From positions 1-24,772 of IMG/VR virus record IMGVR_UViG_3300020042_007470: a DNA stretch of 24,772 nt; one strand, given 5' to 3'. The DNA is from a virus. Lineage: Duplodnaviria > Caudoviricetes. The notes below the pieces were generated by a model. That model saw only the letters and a program-made list of their open reading frames with translations, made no database searches and was not told the origin of the DNA. The translations under genes were made by a program, and so were the position numbers. This document shows positions 1-7,471 of the stretch, in pieces; position 1 is the first letter of the stretch, and each line of letters opens with the position of its first letter.

Positions 1-120
1 GGTGGCGATTATGTGGTTGAGTGTGATTGCTGTGGTGGCACACATTTGGTTGGTAACATTTTTGAGGATCAGGTGAGCGCAGCTCACGAGGCATACAACG
101 ATATGGAAAGAGGTAAATAA
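1..120 (+). CDS. Partial (5'-truncated) hypothetical protein with Cys cluster
   Basis: Frame 1 is open from base 1 (GGDYVVECDCCGGTHLVG...MERGK) to TAA at 118-120; its end contains the GAGG RBS of the next gene. Confidence 0.6.
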   Translation, partial: GGDYVVECDCCGGTHLVGNIFEDQVSAAHEAYNDMERGK

Positions 121-122
121 TT

Positions 123-521
123 ATGGGTTTAGATATGTATTTATATGCACGCAAGTTTGTGGGCGCTTGGCGCAACGAGGATAGCGAACCGCGCGATCAG
201 ATCTTGGCAGCACTTGATCTGAAATTGGAGGATATGTCTGATGGTGGGATTTATATTGAGATCCCGGTGGCTGAGTGGCGTAAAGCACAGAGGGTTCACA
301 ATTGGTTGGTGAGCGAGATCCAGGATGGCAACGATAATTGTGCAGACTATTTTGTTAGCCACGATACTTTGTCGGAGCTGCGTGAGTGGTGTTTGGATGA
401 GGTTGATCAGGGTGATCCGCACGATCTTGATCAGCTGCAGCACACTGCTGATATGTTGGGGAAGATCCTCGACAACCCTCGTTTAGAGTTTTGCGATTTT
501 CAATACACATCGAGTTGGTAG
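123..521 (+). CDS. Conserved phage hypothetical protein (MGLDMYL...WRK...HNW type)
   Basis: ATG with AGAGG RBS, 132 aa, acidic; MGLDMYL start and WRKxxxxHNW motif recur in phage early genes. Confidence 0.8.
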   Translation: MGLDMYLYARKFVGAWRNEDSEPRDQILAALDLKLEDMSDGGIYIEIPVAEWRKAQRVHNWLVSEIQDGNDNCADYFVSHDTLSELREWCLDEVDQGDPHDLDQLQHTADMLGKILDNPRLEFCDFQYTSSW

Positions 522-530
522 GAGGAAATA

Positions 531-752
531 ATGGCTAAGGTTTATGCGAGCTATGGTGTGGACGGATATAGCGCAGACTTTGTTGCGCCTACACAGAAGA
601 AGTTACAAGAGTATCTGGGTAACATTACGATCTACGATATCCGGGTTTATAAGCATTTGACACAAGCACAAGTATCTGTGCTATCATTGACGCAAGCACA
701 ATTTTTTGAGATGATTATGGAGGAAAACACTAATGCCAAACTGGGTATATAA
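531..752 (+). CDS. Hypothetical protein
   Basis: Strong AGGAGG RBS at 519-525, 73 aa, fits the operon. Confidence 0.7.
   Translation: MAKVYASYGVDGYSADFVAPTQKKLQEYLGNITIYDIRVYKHLTQAQVSVLSLTQAQFFEMIMEENTNAKLGI
657..701 (+). promoter_or_regulatory. Candidate sigma-A promoter inside ORF 531-752, with a 15-bp direct repeat
   Basis: TTGACA (657-662), 19-bp spacer, extended -10 TGcTATCAT (682-687); TTGAC(A/G)CAAGCACAA at 657-671 and 687-701. Confidence 0.45.
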
Positions 753-1293
753 TGACATTGAAGTAGAGGGTAAGCCACAAGATGTGAATGCTTTTCTAAC
801 AAAAGCTGCACAGGTGAATGAGTGGAATGAGAGCGAACGCTATATGAACTTTTCGTTCACAAACTTTGTGGCACCAGGCGATGAGGTTGATTACGATAAG
901 GATTGGTATGAGTGGAATGTAAACCATTGGGGCGTGAAGTGGGATGTTCGCACTGCTGAGATCAACTTGTCCCCTAAGGAAGATTTTGTGTTGATCACTT
1001 TTGAAACTGCGTGGAGTATCCCTGTTGCAGCGTTTGAGGCGATTGCTACACAACACCCGGAGCTTGAATTTACGTTCAAATGTATTGAGGAACAGGGTTG
1101 GGGCGCGCATTATTCTGCCAGCGATCCTGATGATGAGGGGGTTCGCAGCTTGATCACTGAGGATGAGTGGGATATTCCTGAGAACCACAACGAGTGGGTA
1201 AAACGCGATGGCGAATGTCGCGGTTGTATTTGGGATGATGATCCTGAAAGCCGTTACAAAGATTGTCCACCGATTGAGGCTGAGGATGAGTAA
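733..1293 (+). CDS. YubB/DUF1281-like ferredoxin-fold protein
   Basis: GGAGG RBS; MPNWxxN, DWYxWxxxxWGxKWD and FETAWS motifs typical of this family. Confidence 0.75.
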   Translation: MPNWVYNDIEVEGKPQDVNAFLTKAAQVNEWNESERYMNFSFTNFVAPGDEVDYDKDWYEWNVNHWGVKWDVRTAEINLSPKEDFVLITFETAWSIPVAAFEAIATQHPELEFTFKCIEEQGWGAHYSASDPDDEGVRSLITEDEWDIPENHNEWVKRDGECRGCIWDDDPESRYKDCPPIEAEDE

Positions 1294-1495
1294 AGTGTTT
1301 GTGGTTGTGGATGAGGTTACGTTCAAATTCTTGGGAGTGTTTCCGTCTATGGATTTGGCCTCAGCTGCAAGTGTGTCGTTTATGGATCGAAACAATGATC
1401 AAAGTGTTTTGATCATTCCTATCCAAATGTATGAGGGTAGTCTAAAAAATAAAACTATAACAGTAGAGGAGATTTTGAATGGCAAGAACGAGTAG
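1286..1495 (+). CDS. Hypothetical protein (69 aa)
   Basis: In-frame ATG at 1286 with GAGG upstream, overlapping the previous stop; preferred over the 1208 start. Confidence 0.65.
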   Translation: MSKVFVVVDEVTFKFLGVFPSMDLASAASVSFMDRNNDQSVLIIPIQMYEGSLKNKTITVEEILNGKNE

Positions 1496-2003
1496 TAACA
1501 TTGAGGCGTTAGCGACTAAGATCGCTGATGCCCGGTTGGAAGAACGCGAGGCGATCAGGTTGGCTAAGATCAAGTATGAAAGCTTTATCCAGGCGGAAAC
1601 GTCAGTGGCTCGTGATAGTGTGTTGGAGTGTGTGCGTGAGGCTGTGTTTGCGGGTATGTCTACACGACAGATTGGGTTCGCGTATGGGTCTAGCGATCCT
1701 CACACCGCTAAAAGGGTTGTTGCGGAAGCAATGGTTGGCTTTGAGAATGCAGCTGATGAACCTAACGCTGGTTGGAAGATCACGCTGCCTGAGAATGACA
1801 ATTCTTTGTTCACTTTGAAAGTGTATTCTTTTGGCGATAACAAACAGGATGGACAGGTTGATGCATCTGTGGATGAAGATGAGATCAACATCACAGCACA
1901 GGCTGGCGACTACTGGGTAGTATCGCAACTTTACCGACAAGGGTTGGTTGAGAATGTTTTGAAAGATTATTGGAAAGCGAGGAACAAACGAGATGGCATT
2001 TGA
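1479..2003 (+). CDS. Hypothetical protein, possible N-terminal helical/HTH-like region
   Basis: GAGGAG RBS, 174 aa, short overlap with neighbours. Confidence 0.75.
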   Translation: MARTSSNIEALATKIADARLEEREAIRLAKIKYESFIQAETSVARDSVLECVREAVFAGMSTRQIGFAYGSSDPHTAKRVVAEAMVGFENAADEPNAGWKITLPENDNSLFTLKVYSFGDNKQDGQVDASVDEDEINITAQAGDYWVVSQLYRQGLVENVLKDYWKARNKRDGI

Positions 2004-2229
2004 TTATGAAGAGTTAGAGGAAGTGGTTGAGGAGTTAGGTAACTATTATTCTGAAACTATTGGGCGTAACGTTGATATGGGTGTTGATGAAGATTTGGAT
2101 ATCTGGTTTAGCAGCTCACGCACTAACGGCCGCGAATATGTTGATAGTTTGGATGAGTTAGATCGCCGTATGAAGTTGTTGTATCGTGATCTGATTGAGG
2201 ATGATGAAGAGGATCTTGATGAGATCTAA
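1993..2229 (+). CDS. Small, very acidic hypothetical protein
   Basis: GAGG RBS, 78 aa, D/E-rich with acidic tail. Confidence 0.75.
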   Translation: MAFDYEELEEVVEELGNYYSETIGRNVDMGVDEDLDIWFSSSRTNGREYVDSLDELDRRMKLLYRDLIEDDEEDLDEI

Positions 2230-3571
2230 TCTTCCGGCACTCACGCTTGAAGATCGCCAGGCTGAGGCTGTCAAACTTATGGTTGCTGAACCTACCAGAG
2301 CTGCTTTGAATGCATCTCTTATGGGAACTGGTAAAACTTTGATGGCTGTGGAAGTGGCTAAGAAGATCGAGGCCGACACGATCCTTGTGGTGGGGCCGCT
2401 GAATACTTTTTGGGGTTGGTGGGATACGATCCAACGTCAGAATGATTACAAGCAAACTATCTCGAAGATCAACTCAACCAAAGAGGGACGCGCAGCTTAT
2501 GAGAATTTGAAAGCTGGCAAGCCTGGTTGGTATTTTGTGGGTCGCGAATATTTCAGAACTAAGGAATGGTTCAAGATCATTCCAGATATGGTGATCATTG
2601 ACGAATGCCATTTTGCACAGAACCGGGCTAGCAAGTCTTTCAAAGTTTTGAAAACACTCAAAGCTGGTTACAAGTTGTCGCTCTCTGGCACTCCGTCTGG
2701 TAACAAGTTTGATGGCTTTTGGGCTGTTAGCCGCTACCTGTGGAATGACACTAATGTTGTGGATAAGTCGTATTGGAAGTGGGTTGAGAAGTTTGCTAAG
2801 ACCGCTTATAGTCCTTTTGCTGGTGTGGAGGTTCAGGGTGAGAAGATACCGGGTAATTTTGTAAAGTCGTTACCTTGTTACATTCGCTTAGAACCTAACC
2901 ATAATTTAGAGGTTGTTCAGGAAACTAGGTATGTTGATTTGGTGCCAGCGCAACGCAGGATCTATGACAAGTTTGAGCGTGATCTGGTTGTGTTCTTGGA
3001 AGATAACCCGATGATCGCAGAAGTTCCTATCGCAGCTCGTATTAGGTTGCGTCAGATCACTTTGGCTGTTCCGAGTATTGGTGAGAACGATGAGATCTTT
3101 TTTGCTGATGATGCTGTGTCTACAAAGTTCAAAGCTTTGCAGGAGATCTTGGATGATATCCCTGATGAACCTGTGTTGATCTTGACGGATAGCCAAAAAT
3201 ATGCTAAGATTGTGGCACAACGGCTTGGTAATCAGGCTTTTGAATGGTCTGGCCAGGCAAGTCAAGTAAAGCGCGAGGAGGCCAAAACTGCATTCCTAAA
3301 CTCTGAGCTGCAATACATTGTGGCTGTGATCCCGGCGATCGCTGAGGGTGTGGATGGCTTACAAGATGTGTGCAGCACTATTGTTTGGTTGTCGCACAGT
3401 GATAACAATTTGATGAACCAGCAAGTGGTTGATCGTATTCGTAGGCGTGGACAAAAACAGGTTGTCAAAATTTATGACATTCTTGCTCGCGATACTTATG
3501 ATGAGGGGCAACTCTCGAACCTGGTGGAACGCCAGTTACAGATGAATGCAACACTGAGGAAAGGAGAATAA
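2219..3571 (+). CDS. Superfamily 2 (SNF2/DEAD-like) DNA helicase
   Basis: Motif I MGTGKT, motif II DECH, motif III SGT, motif V AEGVDG, motif VI QVVDRIRRRGQ; start chosen at ATG 2219 (GAGG upstream). Confidence 0.92.
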   Translation: MRSNLPALTLEDRQAEAVKLMVAEPTRAALNASLMGTGKTLMAVEVAKKIEADTILVVGPLNTFWGWWDTIQRQNDYKQTISKINSTKEGRAAYENLKAGKPGWYFVGREYFRTKEWFKIIPDMVIIDECHFAQNRASKSFKVLKTLKAGYKLSLSGTPSGNKFDGFWAVSRYLWNDTNVVDKSYWKWVEKFAKTAYSPFAGVEVQGEKIPGNFVKSLPCYIRLEPNHNLEVVQETRYVDLVPAQRRIYDKFERDLVVFLEDNPMIAEVPIAARIRLRQITLAVPSIGENDEIFFADDAVSTKFKALQEILDDIPDEPVLILTDSQKYAKIVAQRLGNQAFEWSGQASQVKREEAKTAFLNSELQYIVAVIPAIAEGVDGLQDVCSTIVWLSHSDNNLMNQQVVDRIRRRGQKQVVKIYDILARDTYDEGQLSNLVERQLQMNATLRKGE

Positions 3572-3573
3572 GT

Positions 3574-3768
3574 ATGGAAACTTTTGTTAGTTTCGTTATT
3601 GTAATGATTATGTTGGGGGCTGTGTTGTTTCCGATTGGTATGTTTATGTTTATAAGTATTGGTAGTGTGCTTGGTTTGGGACGGCCTGGTGGGGTAGCTC
3701 GCAGGGCGCAGGATCAACGCCGCTATGTTCCGATCACGCAACGCAGCTACGACTTCGATGAAGACTAA
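3574..3768 (+). CDS. Small membrane protein
   Basis: AAGGAG RBS; hydrophobic N-terminal half then basic tail. Confidence 0.75.
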   Translation: METFVSFVIVMIMLGAVLFPIGMFMFISIGSVLGLGRPGGVARRAQDQRRYVPITQRSYDFDED

Positions 3769-3777
3769 GGAGTAATA

Positions 3778-3858
3778 ATGGTAAAAAGTAATGAGGCGTG
3801 GCTGGATGAGAACCAGCCTGGTTGGGATGAGCTGCCTGAGGAAATTGTCAGTGGGTAG
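3778..3858 (+). CDS. 26-aa acidic peptide (not in ORF track)
   Basis: TAAGGAG RBS then ATG; MVKSNEAWLDENQPGWDELPEEIVSG*. Confidence 0.55.
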   Translation: MVKSNEAWLDENQPGWDELPEEIVSG

Positions 3859-3970
3859 TGGTAGTTTTGGCTGGTGCCTAACAGGTAGGCACGATGAGTG
3901 CATAAAAAATTCTTCAACAGACTTTTGCAAATGCGAATGTCATAATAATAAGGAGGTAACAAATGAGTGA
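3851..3970 (+). CDS. 39-aa Cys/His-rich putative metal-binding peptide (not in ORF track)
   Basis: GTG start with GAGG upstream; MGSGSFGWCLTGRHDECIKNSSTDFCKCECHNNKEVTNE*; fills the gap with short overlaps on both sides. Confidence 0.6.
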   Translation: MGSGSFGWCLTGRHDECIKNSSTDFCKCECHNNKEVTNE

Positions 3971-4133
3971 TATACAAGATCTGATCCACAAGTCTACGAT
4001 GAAAGCTGTTGCTATTGGTGCAACTTATGAACGCGATCGCATTATTAAGTTGCTGGAAGCGTCAGACTCAGTATGTAACCAATGGGCTATCGCTCTTATC
4101 AAAGAAGATGCTGTTGTATCTGAAGAAGCTTAG
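3963..4133 (+). CDS. 56-aa hypothetical protein (not in ORF track)
   Basis: Perfect TAAGGAGGT RBS; MSDIQDLIHKSTMKAVAIGATYERDRIIKLLEASDSVCNQWAIALIKEDAVVSEEA*. Confidence 0.75.
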   Translation: MSDIQDLIHKSTMKAVAIGATYERDRIIKLLEASDSVCNQWAIALIKEDAVVSEEA

Positions 4134-4650
4134 CTTTGATCTAAACCAGGCTAATTGTTTAGATGCTGATCCTGAAATCTTTTTTGTGGATGACCGGGAG
4201 GAGCCAGAGTATGACAAGTGGAAAACTAATTCCGCTCTTAGGTTATGCAGCTCTTGCCCGGTCAAAGCAGATTGTTTGAAGTTTGCTTTGAAAGAGAAAG
4301 CTATTGGTGTTTGGGGTGGGACTACAACTTTGCAACGTAGGGTTATTGCTAACCGATCTGCTAGAGGTTTGGTAGATCGTAAGGCGCGTAAAGATAACAC
4401 GCAGTATTTGGATGGGGCTAACCTCGCGAAGTCTATCGAAAAAGGTGCTAAGATAGCAGAAGACCTTACAAAAGCTTTGGCTGTTGATAATGGTTGGGCT
4501 GATGATATGACAATTGTTTTGGCTAGGATGAAGATCCGAAACCCTGCAATGTCTTACACTGAAATGGCTTTGGCTACTGGGCTTAGTCGTGATGTTGTGT
4601 CTGGTCGTATACAAAGATTGATTAGGAGGAATAATGAAAGAGTTTTTTAG
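4108..4650 (+). CDS. whiB: WhiB-family Fe-S transcription factor fused to a WhiA-like C-terminal HTH domain
   Basis: C...CSSC-x5-C and GVWGG WhiB motifs; C-terminal LDGANLAKS...ARMKIRNPAMSYTEMA...LSRDVVSGRIQRL resembles the WhiA linker helix + HTH; start moved to ATG 4108. Confidence 0.85.
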   Translation: MLLYLKKLSFDLNQANCLDADPEIFFVDDREEPEYDKWKTNSALRLCSSCPVKADCLKFALKEKAIGVWGGTTTLQRRVIANRSARGLVDRKARKDNTQYLDGANLAKSIEKGAKIAEDLTKALAVDNGWADDMTIVLARMKIRNPAMSYTEMALATGLSRDVVSGRIQRLIRRNNERVF

Positions 4651-4750
4651 GAATTTGATGGGCATAACCTTTGCAGGTATCTTTGCCTGGGTTTTGATTT
4701 GGATAGCTTGCGCTTTCTTTTATCTGATTGCTTTGGTGATCAGTGCTTAA
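4634..4750 (+). CDS. 38-aa single-pass membrane peptide (not in ORF track)
   Basis: AGGAGG RBS; MKEFFRNLMGITFAGIFAWVLIWIACAFFYLIALVISA*. Confidence 0.7.
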   Translation: MKEFFRNLMGITFAGIFAWVLIWIACAFFYLIALVISA

Positions 4751-5309
4751 GATTGGTAGTTTGTTTAGTGGTTATGGCGGTTTAGATATTGCAGCTGAGA
4801 AGATCACTGGTGGTAAAGTTGTTTGGCATTGCGAATGGGAAGATGCTCCGAGTAAGATCTTGGAACATAACTTTCCGGGTGTGCCAAATTATAAAGATGT
4901 TACAAAGATTGACTTCACCCAGGTGGAGGCGGTTGATGTTTTGACTGGTGGGTTTCCTTGTCAAGACTTATCGTTAGCTGGCAAACGTGCTGGCTTAGAG
5001 GATGGAACAAGAAGTGGTTTGTGGTCTGAGTTTGCGAGAGCGATCGAAGAGTTGCAACCTAGGCTTGTAATTATTGAGAATGTTAGGGGTTTACTTAGTG
5101 CCAAAGCAAATAATGGAATGGAATACAGCGAAGAAGATTTGGCAGCGTTCAGAGGAAAACCTCCTCTCAGAGCCCTTGGTGCCGTTCTTGGGGACTTGGC
5201 CGATCTTGGGTATGATGCAAGATGGCAAGGTGTTCGAGCTGCAGATGCCGGTGCGCCACACAATCGCTTCAGAGTCTTCATCGTTGCTACGCACACCAAG
5301 CGTAACTGA
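4743..5309 (+). CDS. C5-cytosine DNA methyltransferase, N-terminal subunit (motifs I-VIII)
   Basis: SLFSGYGG (I), GFPCQ (IV, catalytic Cys), ENV (VI), HNRFRVF (VIII); stops before the TRD and motifs IX-X. Confidence 0.9.
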   Translation: MLKIGSLFSGYGGLDIAAEKITGGKVVWHCEWEDAPSKILEHNFPGVPNYKDVTKIDFTQVEAVDVLTGGFPCQDLSLAGKRAGLEDGTRSGLWSEFARAIEELQPRLVIIENVRGLLSAKANNGMEYSEEDLAAFRGKPPLRALGAVLGDLADLGYDARWQGVRAADAGAPHNRFRVFIVATHTKRN

Positions 5310-6048
5310 TTCGACTGGTGGCGCGATTAGCGAGAAGCAAGCTATTGAGCGCGGCCGTATGTTGAAGCTGGCAGATCAGTCAGCTACTTTGGCTTTTTAT
5401 AATGGCTTGAAAGTTTCGCCATCGATCGAAGCATCTTTGTTGCCTACGCCGTTGTCGCGTGATCATAAAGAGGGATATAACCCGCACTATCGCGATGGTG
5501 TTTTGCAAACCGATAACGTTCCGCGTGCTGTGATGCACAGTGGGGAAGTTACTGAACTTAGTTGGGGCCGCTATGAACCTGCGATCCGCCGTTGGGAAGA
5601 AGTTACTGGTCGTAAAGCACCAGCAGCTACACGACCTGATGGTAGGGATGGCGCTCATAGATTGAACCCGGAGCTGGCGGAATGGATGATGGGGCTTGAG
5701 CCTGGTTGGATCACAGGCGCAGGGTTGACAAGAACAGATGAACTAAAAGCTTGTGGTAACGGTGTTGTGCCTCAGCAAGCAGAGTTGGCTTTAGCGCAGC
5801 TTTTGGATGGGGTAGATTTATCTTTTGAAGTAAACTATCCTTTGCTTCCAACACCAACTTTGAGAGATCAAAAAGAGGGAAAGAATCTTAGGAAGATCGC
5901 AATTGATGCTTTGAAGAATGGTAGCAACAGGGGCATTGGCCTGAATCATTTGACTGAAGCTATTGGTGTCGATTGGGAAGAGGGCGAAAGTTTTTCATTT
6001 GTTGATGGAAAGCTAATCAAAAATAGATTGGTAGGAAATGATGAATGA
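5113..6048 (+). CDS. C5-cytosine DNA methyltransferase, C-terminal subunit (variable region + motifs IX-X)
   Basis: RLNPELAEWMMG (IX) and LKACGNGVVPQQA (X); +1 frame relative to the upstream ORF; first ATG at 5113, true start uncertain. Confidence 0.8.
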   Translation: MEWNTAKKIWQRSEENLLSEPLVPFLGTWPILGMMQDGKVFELQMPVRHTIASESSSLLRTPSVTDSTGGAISEKQAIERGRMLKLADQSATLAFYNGLKVSPSIEASLLPTPLSRDHKEGYNPHYRDGVLQTDNVPRAVMHSGEVTELSWGRYEPAIRRWEEVTGRKAPAATRPDGRDGAHRLNPELAEWMMGLEPGWITGAGLTRTDELKACGNGVVPQQAELALAQLLDGVDLSFEVNYPLLPTPTLRDQKEGKNLRKIAIDALKNGSNRGIGLNHLTEAIGVDWEEGESFSFVDGKLIKNRLVGNDE

Positions 6049-6262
6049 TGATGCTTATGTGAAGTTTACGAACGAATATTTGCTTTGGAAACGCAATCGC
6101 GAGATGGCTTACCAAGATAATACTCCAGAAGAATTTATGGAGGAAGTGATCTTGAAAGAAAAGTCTGAGGCTTATGATAAGATTTGGGATCTGTTCACTG
6201 ATGGCGAAGCCAGCTTGGATAAGATTGAAAAGATTGTGAAGTTAGCTAATGACACAGTATGA
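6038..6262 (+). CDS. Hypothetical protein
   Basis: AGGA RBS, 74 aa, overlaps both neighbours by a few codons. Confidence 0.7.
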   Translation: MMNDDAYVKFTNEYLLWKRNREMAYQDNTPEEFMEEVILKEKSEAYDKIWDLFTDGEASLDKIEKIVKLANDTV

Positions 6263-6773
6263 GTGGGAAGCTGCAGGGAATCATAACCCTTGGGGCAAGA
6301 AGCGTAAACGTGGATCTCATTGTTCGAAAGGGCATGAGTTCACTGAGGAAAACACTTTTGTTAGGCCGTATGATCGTGCCAGGGTGTGCAGGGAATGCCG
6401 TAAAGAGTATGCCCGGAAGAAGTATCAAGAGAACAAAAGCAAAGCGATTCAGCAACCAAAGCTGAAGAAGACTAAAGAGATTGATATAAGTTATTTGATA
6501 TCAACTGATCCGAATGTCAGAGCTTTGTGGTATAATCTTCAAACAAGTATGAAAGATGTTATCACTCCTTGTCAGGAGAACGAAGACAATCACATGCTTT
6601 ATAGTGGTGATCAAACACACACGATCACACCAGAGGCAGCTGAGCTTTTATGTCATGGCTGCCCGATCATAATGGAATGTTATCAATACGCTAATGCGGC
6701 TGACGAAAGTTGGGGTATTTGGGGTGGGGTTAACTTTAGTAAGGAGGAACTAATAGATGTTGACAAACAATGA
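6249..6773 (+). CDS. whiB: Zn-finger::WhiB-family protein
   Basis: N-terminal HCSKGH...ENT...RVCREC finger; C-terminal PC...LCHGCPIIMEC...GIWGG WhiB domain. Confidence 0.85.
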   Translation: MTQYEWEAAGNHNPWGKKRKRGSHCSKGHEFTEENTFVRPYDRARVCRECRKEYARKKYQENKSKAIQQPKLKKTKEIDISYLISTDPNVRALWYNLQTSMKDVITPCQENEDNHMLYSGDQTHTITPEAAELLCHGCPIIMECYQYANAADESWGIWGGVNFSKEELIDVDKQ

Positions 6774-7455
6774 TGTAAAAGAGTTGACGGTTGATCTGTT
6801 TAAGCAGCGCTCGGACCGGGACAAGCAACACAAGGTGGGTGCCAGTAACATTAGTAACCCTTGCACCAAACACCTTGCGCACGATCTTCTGGGCACACCA
6901 GAGGCTGAAAGTAAGTATTGGATGGGTGGCAAAATTGGAACTGCCATTCACAGCTTTTTGGAGTCTGCGATTGAGGCTTCTGATAGTAGCGTATTTGATG
7001 GATGCATTGTGGAAGAAAAGATCGTTCTGGGGGAAATTCCTGGATATGGTGTTGTTAGCAGTAAGCCTGATCTTGTTCTACCTAACAGTAACCATCTGAT
7101 CGACTGGAAGACTACCAGCCGCGCTAAGGTTAAGAAGCTGCAGAACCTTGTTGATGGAATCAAAGAAGACGCTGACAGCTTGTATACGATCCAAAAGTAT
7201 GTTGGTCAAGCGCAGCTGTATGCTTGGGGTTTGAACCAGGCCGGCACCCAGATTGATCGATCAACACTTGTGTTTATTAATCGTGATGGAACGTATGAGA
7301 ACGATATCTGGACTTACACGTTTGATTATGATGAATCAATTGCTCTAGCTTTGTGGAATCGTGTCACAGCCCTGTGGTATGATCTTCAAGATGGAGTTCA
7401 CCCGGATAGTTATCCAAATGATCCACAATGTTTTAAATGCTCAATTGGTATTTAG
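6757..7455 (+). CDS. Cas4-like PD-(D/E)XK exonuclease
   Basis: AAGGAGG RBS; GASNISNPC, GTAIH, KPDL...IDWKT, QAQLY and C-terminal CFKC. Confidence 0.88.
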   Translation: MLTNNDVKELTVDLFKQRSDRDKQHKVGASNISNPCTKHLAHDLLGTPEAESKYWMGGKIGTAIHSFLESAIEASDSSVFDGCIVEEKIVLGEIPGYGVVSSKPDLVLPNSNHLIDWKTTSRAKVKKLQNLVDGIKEDADSLYTIQKYVGQAQLYAWGLNQAGTQIDRSTLVFINRDGTYENDIWTYTFDYDESIALALWNRVTALWYDLQDGVHPDSYPNDPQCFKCSIGI

Positions 7456-7471
7456 ACACACCTGCACAGAT

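Noticed and set aside
4009-4107. N-terminal extension of the WhiB::WhiA protein from TTG 4009
   Set aside because: It overlaps a better-supported ORF (3963-4133) with a perfect RBS
6757-7455. CRISPR-Cas locus
   Set aside because: Solo Cas4-like nucleases are common in phage recombination modules; no repeat-spacer array or other cas genes are seen
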